Source of the DNA: Anaeramoeba ignava BMAN
Taxonomy: Eukaryota > Protista > Anaeramoebae
Reading direction: 5' to 3'
Assembly (NCBI GenBank): GCA_028826165.1
Contig: JAPDFW010000029.1
Span: forward strand, 1 to 64,000
Length of the DNA: 64,000 nucleotides
Shown: one piece after another, positions 52,655 through 64,000 of the stretch
Position numbering within the stretch: position 1 is the first letter of the stretch
Layout: each line of letters begins with the position of its first letter
Translations under genes and position numbers: made by a program
The notes under the pieces: generated by a model
What the model saw: only the letters and a program-made list of their open reading frames with translations
Database searches by the model: none
Told to the model about the DNA's origin: nothing

Positions 52655-55600
52655 TTGAATTCAATTTACAATTAAATTAATAAATTCAATTTACAATTAA
52701 ATCAATAAATTAATTCAATTAAATTAAATAAATTCAATTTACAATTAAATATAATTCAATTTACAATTAAATATAATTCAATTTACAATTAAATATAATT
52801 CAATTTACAATTAAATTAAATAAATAAATAATTCAATTTACAATTAAATTAAATAAATTAATTCAATTTACAATTAAATTAAATCAATAAATAATTCAAT
52901 TTACAATTAAATTAAATAAATAAATAATTCAATTTACAATTAAATTAATAAATAAATAATTCAATTTACAAATTAAATTAATAAATAATTCAATTTACAA
53001 TTAAATAAATAAATTCAATTTACAATTAAATTAAAAATAAATTCAATTTACAATTAAATTAAATAAATAATTCAATTTACAATTAAATTAAATAATTAAT
53101 TCAATTTTACAATTAAATTAAATAAATAATTCAATTTACAATTAAATTAAATAAATTCAATTTACAATTAAATTTACATTCAATTTACAATTAAATTACA
53201 TTCAATTTACAATTAAATCAATAAATAATTCAATTTACAATTAAATCAATAAATAATTCAATTTACAATTAAATCAATAAATAATTCAATTTACAATTAA
53301 ATTAATAAATAATTCAATTTACAATTAAATTAAATTAAATTCAATTCAATTCACAATTAAATTAAATAAATAATTCAATTCACAATTAAATTAAATAATT
53401 AATTCAATTTACAATTAAATTAAATAAATAAATTCAATTTACAATTAAATTAAATAAATAAATTCAATTTACAATTAAATCAATAAATAATTCAATTTTA
53501 CAATTAAATTAAATAAATAATTCAATTCAATTTACAATTAAATTAAATAACAATTAATTCAATTCAATTTACAATTAAATTAAATAACAATTAAATAAAT
53601 TCAATTTTACAATTAAATTAAATAAATAAATTCAATTTTACAATTAAACAAAATAACAATTTAATTCAATTTTACAATTAAATCAAATAAATTAATTCAA
53701 TTTACAATTAAATTAAATAAAATTCAATTTTACAATTAAATTAAATAATAAATTAAATTCAATTTACAATTAAATTAAATAAATAAATTCAATTTACAAT
53801 TAAATTAAATAAATAAATTCAATTTACAATTAAATTAAAATAAATAAATTCAATTTACAATTAAATTAAATAAATAAATTCAATTTACAATTAAATTAAA
53901 TAAATTAATTCAATTTTACAATTAAATAAATAATTCAATTTACAATAAATTAAATTAAATTACAATTAAATAAATAAATTCAATTTACAATTAAATTAAA
54001 TAAATAAATTCAATTTTACAATTAAATTAAAATAAATTCAATTCAATTTACAATTAAATTAATAAATAATTCAATTCAATTTACAATTAAATTAAATAAC
54101 AATTAAATAAATTCAATTTACAATTAAATTCAAATAACAATTAAATAAATTCAATTTACAATTAAATTAAATAAATAATTCAATTTACAATTAAATTAAA
54201 TAAATAATTAATTCAATTTACAATTAAATTAAATAAATAATTAATTCAATTTACAATTAAATCAATAAATAATTCAATTTACAATTAAATTAAATAAATA
54301 ATTCAATTTACAATTAAATTAAATAAATAATTCAATTTAAATTAAATTAAATAAATAATTCAATTTACAATTAAATTAAATAAATAATTCAATTTACAAT
54401 TAAATTAAATAAATAATTCAATTTACAATTAAATTAAATAAATAATTCAATTTACAATTAAATTACAATTAAATTAAATAAATTCAATTAAATACAAATT
54501 AAATTAAATAAATAAATAATTCAATTTTACAATTAAATTAAATAAATAATTCAATTTACAATTAAATTAAATAAATAATTCAATTTACAATTAAATTAAA
54601 TAAATAATTCAAAATTAAATAAATTCAATTTACAATTAAATTAAATAAATAATTCAATTTACAATTAAATTAAATAAATATAATTCAATTTACAATTAAA
54701 TTAAATTAAAATAAATTCAATTTACAATTAAATTAAATAAATAATTCAATTTTACAATTAAATTAAAATAAATAAATTCAATTTACAATTAAATTAAATA
54801 AATAATTCAATTTACAATTAAATTAAATAAATTAAATTCAATTTACAATTAAATTAAATAAATAATTCAATTTACAATTAAATTAAATAAATTCAATTTA
54901 CAATTAAATCAAATAACAATTTAATTCAATTTTACAATTAAATTAAATAATTCAATTTACAATTAAATTAATAAATTCAATTTACAATTAAATTAAATAA
55001 ATTCAATTTACAATTAAAATTAAATTAAATTCAATTTCAAATTAAATTAAATAAATAATTCAATTTTACAATTAAATTAAATAAATAATTCAATTTACAA
55101 TTAAATTAAATAAATTAAATTCAATTTACAATTAAATTAAATAAATAATTCAATTTACAATTAAATTAAATAAATAAAATAATTTCAATTTACAATTAAA
55201 TTAAAATAAATAATTCAATTTACAATTAAATTAAATAAATAATTCAATTTACAATTAAATTAAATAAAATAATTCAATTTACAATTAAATTAAATAAATA
55301 ATTCAATTTACAATTAAATTAAATAAATAATTCAATTTACAATTAAATAAATAAATAAATTCAATTTACAATTAAATTTAAATCAAATAAATTAAATTCA
55401 ATTAAATTAAATTAAATAAATAAATAATCCAATTTTAATAAATTAAATAAATAATTCAATTTACAATTAAATAAATAATTCAATTTACAATTAAATAAAT
55501 AATTCAATTTACAATTAAATAAATAATTCAATTTACAATTAAAATAAATAATTCAATTTACAATTAAATAAATAATTCAATTTACAATTAAAATAAAATA

Positions 55601-57020
55601 ATTTAATTTAAATTAATTAAATAAATTCAATTTACATTACAATTAAATTACATTCAATTTACAATTAAATTACATTCAATACCAAATTAAATTCATTTTG
55701 CTTTAAATTTTATTTATTTACAATAAATTACATTTATTTTTACAATTATTTTCACATTCAATTTGATTTTTATTTGATTTTAAATTTTTATTTTGATTTT
55801 ACAATTATTTTGAATTAAAACAGAACAAAAATAAATTATTTACAATTAAGTTATTTTATTATATTTAAAATTTGATTCAATATAAATTAATTATTTCAAA
55901 TTGTAAAAAAATTAAATAAATATTTGAATTAATTTACAACATAATTTAAATAATTCAAATTAAATTCAAATTTATGTTTAATTTTATTTATAGTTCAATT
56001 TATAAATTAAATAAAATAATTAAAATTCAATTCTACAATTAAATTAAATAAAATAATAATTCAATTTGCAATAAATTCATAATTTAAATTACCCAATTTA
56101 CAATTAAATCAAATAATAAATTTAATTTTGAAATTTAAATCAAATAATTAATTTTGAATTTTACAATAAATTAAATAATTAATCATTTACAATTAAATCA
56201 AATTCAATTTACAATTTTGTCCAAATTCAATTTACAATTAAAATCAAATTAAATAATTAATTCAATCTATAATTCAATTACAATTACCATACATTCAATA
56301 AATTCAATTCATTTACAATTCAATTACATTCAATTTACAATTCAATTACATTCAATTTACAATTCAATTACATTCAATTTACAATTAAATTACATTCAAT
56401 TTACAATTAAATTACATTCAATTTACAATTCAATTACATTCAATTTACAATTAAATTAAATAAATAATTCAATTTACAATTACATTCAATTTACAATTCA
56501 ATTTACAATTCAATTACATTCAATTTACAATTAAATCAAAAATTAATTCAATTTACAATTAAATTAATAAATAATTCAATTTACAATTAAATTAAATAAA
56601 TAATTCAATTTACAATTAAATTAAATAAATAATTCAATTTACAATTAAATTAAATAAATAATTCAATTTACAATTAAATAAATAAATAATTCAATTTACA
56701 ATTAAATAAATAAATAAACCCATACAATTAAATTAAATAAATAATTAATTCAATTTACAATTAAATTAATAAATAATTCAATTTATAATTAAATTCAAAT
56801 AAATAAATAATTCAATTTACAATTAAATTAAATAAATTAATTCGATTTACAATTAAATTAAATAAATTCAATCAAAATTTACATTAAATCAAATAATTAA
56901 TTTTTACAATTAAATTAAATTAAAAAAATAAATTCAATTTGAATTAAATTAAATAAATAATTCAATTTACAATTGAAATCAAATAACAATTTAATTCAAT
57001 TTTATAAATTAAATCAATAA
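52655..57020. repeat. S25 array 5 (with a ghost of cassette G at ~55690-56200)
   Basis: Same core over ~4.3 kb. Confidence 0.93.
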
Positions 57021-58779
57021 TTCTACATTTTATTTTCATTTTATTTATTTATTAATAAAACGAATTTATGTTCAAACACTTATTTTTCAATTTAATTTCA
57101 ATTTTATTTTGATTTTCATTTTATTTGAAAGGGATTATTTTGAATTAAAACAGAACAAAAAGTAAATCTATTTCGAATTAAGTTGTTTTATTATTATATT
57201 TTTATTCAATTTAATATAAACAATTATTTCACTTTAATTGTAAAAACAAAATATGTTTTGAATTAATTTTACAACATAATTCCATTTAATTTACATTTGT
57301 TTCAGATTTATGTTTAATTTCATTTTATAAACAATTATAAAGGAAATATGGAAAAATTAAAAAGGGGCAAAGAATAAGGATTAATAATATATTTATTCAT
57401 AATTTATTCATAATTTAATTTATTTTTATTTGTATTTTTAATTTATATTTTTAATTTATAAATTTATTAAGAATATTTGATATATATATTTTTAGTATTT
57501 TCCAAAATTAAAATATTTATAAATATTTATTTAATTTTAATTTAATTTTATTTAATTTAATTTTGTTTTAATTAATTTAAATTAATAATCAATTTTAAAA
57601 TATAATATATATTTTATCTTCTTTTTCTTTCTTCTTCTTCTATTTATTTATTTTATTTATTTATTTATTTGTTTTGCAATTTTTCAATTTAATTGAATTT
57701 TCATTTTCATTTTCATTTTCATTTTACAATTTAATTTCTATTTCATTTACAATTTAATTTTAATTTTAATTTTAATTCAATTTAATTCATATTTTATATT
57801 TTATAAATTAAATAAAATAAAAATATTTTTAATTGTAATTTATTTTATTTTTCATTTTTATTTTGTATCAATAAATGAATTTTGAAAAATCAAAAATAAA
57901 TTTAACATCTATAAAAATAAATTTTGAAAATAATAATTGAATTATTAATAAAATAAAAATATTTAATTAATTAATTAATATAAAATGAAAATTTTTATTA
58001 TTAGCTAATTATTAAAATAAATAAATTTGAAATGAAAAATAATAAATAAAAATGAATATTAATTATATTATATAAATATAATGAATGAATATATAAATTA
58101 ATAAAATATATAATAATAAATATCAATTCAAAAGTATATATAATATAAATGTTTTAAAAATAAAAATAATTTTAAAAGTATAAATTAAAAAATAAAATAA
58201 TATTTTTTTTTTATCAACTTTATTTAATTTATATAAATATAAATCAAAAATAAAAATCAAATTTTATTCTAATTTATATATTTTAAACATTTTTCAATAA
58301 TAAATATTAAATCAAAATATATATTCAAAATTAATATAATAATGGAACAAATTTTACCCATCAATATTATATTAATAAATAATATAATAAATATAATATC
58401 AGAATAATAAAATATATTAATAAAAATATATTTTATTAAAAAATTCTTTTTCTTTTTGATTTTTTATTTATAATTGCAATTATTTTTAGAATAATTATTT
58501 ATTTAATTTGAATTAATTTAATTTGAATTGAAATTCAATTTGAATTCTGATTTTAAATTTGACGGATTTTTAATTTTAATTGAATTTTAATTTAATTCAT
58601 TTGATTACCTGAATTTGATGAATTCATTCATTTAATTGGAATTTATTTTAAAATTCACTCAATTTTCATTTTCGAGATTCTGTTGATTTATTTGGGAATT
58701 TTTTACAGTGATTAAATAACACAAAAATAATATCTAGGCTTCGATTTTTTTTTGATTTGGTGATTTTATTTTTATTTAA

Positions 58780-61700
58780 ATTTAATTCTATACCAATTTA
58801 ATAAATAAATTAATTCTCAATTTACAAATTAAATTGGAAATAAATAGTTCAATTTACAATTAAATTTACAAATAATTCACCTAAATTAATTACAATAATT
58901 ATTGTTACAATTTAATTGTTGGAATTTTTCCAATTTAAATTTTAATTTACAATTAAATTAAAATAAATTAATTCAATTTAAATTAAATTAAATTTATTGT
59001 TTGGCAATTTCGGTAAATTAAACAATAAATTAATTTCAGATGATTTGATTTAAAAATTTTAATTAATTTCACAATTAAATAAAATTTTAATTCAATTCTA
59101 CAAATTAAACAAAACACAAAAACAAATAAATTAATAATTAATTCAATTTACAAATTAAATTAACAATTCAATTTATTTTTAAATTAAAATAACAATTTAA
59201 TTCAATTTATAATCCAAAATACCAAATTAAAAATAATGGGAAGCCCCAATTAAATTAATTTTGTAATTCAATTTACAATTAAATTTGTTAAATTTAATTC
59301 AATTTAAATCAATTAACAACAATTTAACCAGGCCCCACAAATAACAATTTAATTTACCTACAATTAAATTAAATAACAATTTAATTGAATGGGCAATTCA
59401 TTAAATTAAATTAAATAAATTAAATTCAATTTAAAATAAATTTTAAATAAATTTTACAATTAAATTTAAATAAATAATTTAAATTCAATTCTGGCTAAAT
59501 TAAATAAATAAATAATTCAATTTACAATTTAAATTCATTAATACACTAATTTGCAATTAAATTAAATTATAATTGATTTGTTAATAAATTAAATAAATAA
59601 AATTCAATTTAAATTAAATTAAATAATTTACGGTCAAATTTAATTTAAAAATTAAATTTACAATTAAATTTACAATTTTCTAAAGAGTAAACAAAATCAT
59701 TAATTTTGGAATTAAATTTACAATTAAATTTTGACAAATTAAATTAAAATTAAATTCCGTTTAAATTAAATTTACAATTAAATTTACAATTCAATTTACA
59801 ATTAAATTAATAATTCAATTTACAATTAAATTTACAATTAAATTTTAAATTCAATTTACAATTAAATTAATTAAATTAAATTCAATTTACAAATGAAATA
59901 AATACAATAATTCAATTTTAATTAAATTAAATAATAAATAATTCAATTTACAATTAAAATTCAATTTACAATAAATAATTAATTTCAATTTAAAATTAAA
60001 ACCAAATAAATACAATTCAATTTACAATTAAATTAAATAAATAAATTCAATTTACAATTAAATTAAATTAATTTACAATTAAATCAAATAAAATTAAATT
60101 CAATTTACAATTAAATTAAATAAAACAAATTCAATTTTACAATTAAAATTAAATAAATAAATTCAATTTACAATTAAATTAAATAAATTAAATTCAATTT
60201 ACAATTAAATTTAAAATTCAATTTTACAATTAAATTTTACATTTAATTTAAAATAAAAGTTTTTACAATTAAATTAAAATACAATTAAAAATTCAAATGA
60301 TTTACAATTAAAATTAAATAAATTCCAATTTACAATTAAATAAAATAAATCAAAATTCATACCATATTAAATTAAATAAATAAATTCAATTTACAATTAA
60401 ATTAAAATAAATTAAAATTCAATTTACAATTAAAATTAATAAATAAATTCAATTTTACAATTAAATTAATAAATAAATTCAATTTTTTAAATTAAATAAA
60501 CAATTCAATTGATTACAATTCAATTTTAATTAAATTGTTCAATTTTAATTTACAATTTAAATTTAATAAATAAATTCAATTTTACAATTAAATTTAAATA
60601 AATAAATTCAATTAATTCAATTTGCAATTAAAAAAAATAATTCAATTTTACAATTAAATTATAAAAATAAATTCAATTTACAATTAAATAAATAATAAAT
60701 TCAATTTACAATTAAATTAATTAAATTCAATTTTAATTAAATTAAATAAATTCAATTTACAACAAAACAAATAATTAATTAATTTACAATTAAATCAATA
60801 AATAATTCAATTTACAATTAAATTTAAATTCAATTCAATTTACAATTAAATAAATAAATAATTCCATTTACAATTAAATAAATAAAATAAATTCAATTTA
60901 CAATTAAATTAAATAAATAGAATTCAATTTACAATTAAATTATAAATTAAATTACAATTCCAACAATAAATAGAATTTCATTTACAATTAAATTAAATAA
61001 ATTCAATTTTAAATTAAATAAATTAATTCAATTTAATTTAAATAAATAAATTAATTCAATTTTACAATTAAATAAATAAATAATTCAATTTTACAATTAA
61101 ATTAAATAAATTCAATTTTACAATAAAATTAAATTAAAATTAATTCAATAAAATTAAATTAAAATAGGGTAATTCAATTTACAATTAAATTAAAATAAAA
61201 TAATTCCACAATTAAATTAAATAAATTCAATTTACAATTAAATTGAAAATAAAATAATTCAATTTACAATTAAATTAAATAAATTTAAATTTTACAATTA
61301 AATTAAATAAATTCAATTTACAATTAAATTAAATAAATAAATTCAATTTAAAATAAATAAAATAAATAAAATTCAATTTTACAAATTAACAAATTAAATA
61401 AAATTAAATTAAATTTACAATTAAACCAAATAATAAATTCAATTTACAATTTAAATTAAATAAATAAATTCAATTTACAATTAAAATAATAAATAAATTC
61501 AATTTACAAATTAATTAAATAATAAATTCAATTTACAATTAAATTAAATAAATATAATTCATTTACAATTAAATTAAATAAAATAAATTCAATTTACAAT
61601 TAAATTAATAAATAAATTCAACTTACAATTAAATTAAAAAATAAATAATTCAATTTACAATTAAATTAAATAAATTCAATTTACGATTAAATTAAATAAA

Positions 61701-63590
61701 TAATTCGGTACAATTAAATAAATAATTAAATTCAATTTACAATTAAATTAAATATATAATTCAATTTACAATTAAATTAATAAATGTTCAATTTACGGTT
61801 AAATTAATAAATATAATTCAATTCTACCATGAAATTCAAGCATATAATTCGGTACAATTAAATTAAACAAACAATTTTACAATTAAAATTGCAAAAATCA
61901 ATTTACAATTACAATTAAATTTTACAATTAAATTAAAAATTAATTCTAATTTTCATTTTAAATTTAAAATAAATTAAATTTTACACTAAATTAAATAAAT
62001 AAATTCTGTTTATTACAGGAAATTAATAAAATAAATTCAATTTTACAATTAAATTAAAATTAAATTCCAATTTACAATTTTAAATAAAATAAATTAATTA
62101 TTGTAAATAAATTAAATAAAATAAATTCAATTTACAATTAAATTCACAAAGCAAAAATAATTCAATTTTTACAATTAAATTAAATAAATTCAATTTTACA
62201 ATTGGAATTAAATAAACAAATTCAATTTACAATTAAATTAAATTAAATGTAGCAAAATTAATTCCATAACAATGAAATAAATAAATTCAAACAATTAAAT
62301 TAAAATAAATAAAAATTCCAATCCATAATAAATTAAATTAAATTCAATTTCAATTAAATTAAAATTAAATTCAATTTACAAATTTAAATGTTCAATTTCC
62401 ACCACAATTAAATTAAATAAATTCCAAAATAATAAACAAATTAAAACCAAAATAATTCCCGGTAAGTAAATTAAATAAATATTATTTTTACAATTAAATT
62501 AAATTCAATTACAAATTAAAATTTAAATTCAAATAAATTTACCAATTAAATTAAAATTCAATTTACAATTAAATTAAATTCAAATTACAAAAATTAAATA
62601 AATAATTTGTTACAATAAAATAAATAATTCAATTTACAGTTAAATTAAATTCAAATACATTGAAATTTTACAGTAAAATTAAATAAACTAATTCATAAAT
62701 TAAATTAAAATTAAAACCAAATTCAAATTTTACAATAAATTAAAATAATTAAATTTACAAAATTAAATTAAATTCATTTTACAATTAAATTAAATTCAAA
62801 TTTACAAATTAAAATTAAAAATCAATTTTACAATTAAATGAAAAATTCGGTACAATTAAATTAAATAAATGAACAATTTACAATTAAAATTAAATAAATA
62901 ATTTCACCTTATTAAATTAAATAAAATAATTTCAATTTACAATTAAATTACACCAATTTACAATAAATTAATAAATTCAATTTTACAATTAAATTAATAA
63001 ATTCAATTTACAATAAATTGGGCAACAATTTCTATACTAAATACTAAATTCAATTTACGATTAATAAATTCACCAATACTCGAGGAATAAATTCACGTAC
63101 CATACTAAATTGCTAAATTACCATAATTAAATAATAAATTCAGTACTTACAGTTACCTACAATTCAATCCAATACTGAAATTACAATTCATTTACATACC
63201 AAATTACAATCTTAAATTACACACTAAATTACAGCACTCCTAACAAATTGCACCAATTTACAATAAATGGCAATCAATTCTACATACTGAAACCCATAAT
63301 TCATTTTGCTACCAAATTCTCAGATGATGGTATACTAAATTACAACACCAATTTAAAGCAATTAAATTCATACCTTAATGGAAGCAAATAAATTACAATT
63401 CAATTTACAATTACAATGGCAATTCTACTCTACAATTAAATTAACAATACAATCATCATTCTACATACTACCAAATCTTAAACATACAATCAATTGCATA
63501 CTAAATTCAATTACAACAATTTACAATAAATTCAAATTACAATTCAATTACGTATAGAAATTAATTAATACTGCTACATTTTGCCTTTTT
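58780..63590. repeat. S25 array 6, heavily error-laden
   Basis: Core still recognisable among scattered G/C substitutions and indels. Confidence 0.85.
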
Positions 63591-64000
63591 CATTTCATGT
63601 GATCTAATACACAAAACGATTTGATGTTTAAAAGTTATTTTCAATTTAATGGATATTTGTCTTTTTATTTTTGATTTTCACTCATTTGAGTTAAAACAGC
63701 AGAACAAAAAGTAAATCACATTGAAATTAAGCTGAGTTTTATTATATTTTTATTTGATTGTAATATACGTTAGTTTCCAACTATAAAACAAAATTGCAGT
63801 ATGTCTTTTGAAATTAATTTACAACGAGAATTCTATTTAATTCTGCATTTATTTCAATTCAGATTTATACTAATTTGAATTATAGCTAATTTATGAAATA
63901 AACAGCGCAACAGTATTTGGGCTGAAGCGCGCTGGCAAAGGCTGGCGAGTAAAGTATAAAAGGTTGGCAAAGGGCAAAGTATGGCAAAAGTATGGCAAAG

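Larger units (their letters stand above)
19570..58460. repeat. Dispersed ~0.7-0.8-kb hub module X: about 13 copies retaining the left landmark plus ~6 left-truncated copies (two at ~16.7-17.6 kb), all in the same orientation
   Basis: Landmark GTGTGTAAAT at 19603, 21128, 24103, 28357, 29904, 31507, 38123, 39663, 41173, 50024, with variants at 34750, 43936, 57865. Each is followed by ATTAGAATTAATTAATTAATT, TTTGAAATGAAAAAT, AAAAGTATAAATCAAAAT and TATCAACTTTA. Confidence 0.92.

Noticed and set aside
21915-63590. S25 arrays as CRISPR arrays
   Set aside because: Linkers are only ~3-12 nt, repetitive and non-unique; the context is eukaryotic and there are no cas genes.
58440-63900. Scattered GC-containing words (GGGAAGCCCC, AGGCCCC, CTCGAGG)
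   Set aside because: Non-recurrent insertions within an S25 array, typical of unpolished long-read error.

Overview
Extremely AT-rich eukaryotic DNA. Positions 1-~1680 are the 3' half of a nuclear large-subunit (28S-type) rRNA gene on the + strand. It comes from a divergent lineage: AU-only expansion segments, a nearly absent ES27L, and substitutions in helices next to the peptidyl-transferase centre. The remaining ~62 kb contains no credible protein gene, SSU, 5S or tRNA. It is a nested repeat landscape of microsatellites, 12-bp arrays, ~150/170/181-bp satellites and a 22-31-bp core-plus-linker satellite. From ~19.6 kb a constant ~0.75-kb hub module alternates with a small set of interchangeable cassettes. 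A few GC-rich islands stand out: a single-copy pair of structured elements (9504-9598 and a 148-nt rod hairpin at 9727-9874), a four-copy ~330-bp element with an invariant long hairpin (24.6, 32.0, 44.4, 50.5 kb), and a recurrent G-quadruplex-type box. These islands are the best candidates for undescribed rDNA-linked ncRNAs or cis-elements; I could not assign them to a known family by eye. Several stretches, especially >58 kb, look like noisy long-read consensus. Repeat boundaries are approximate.
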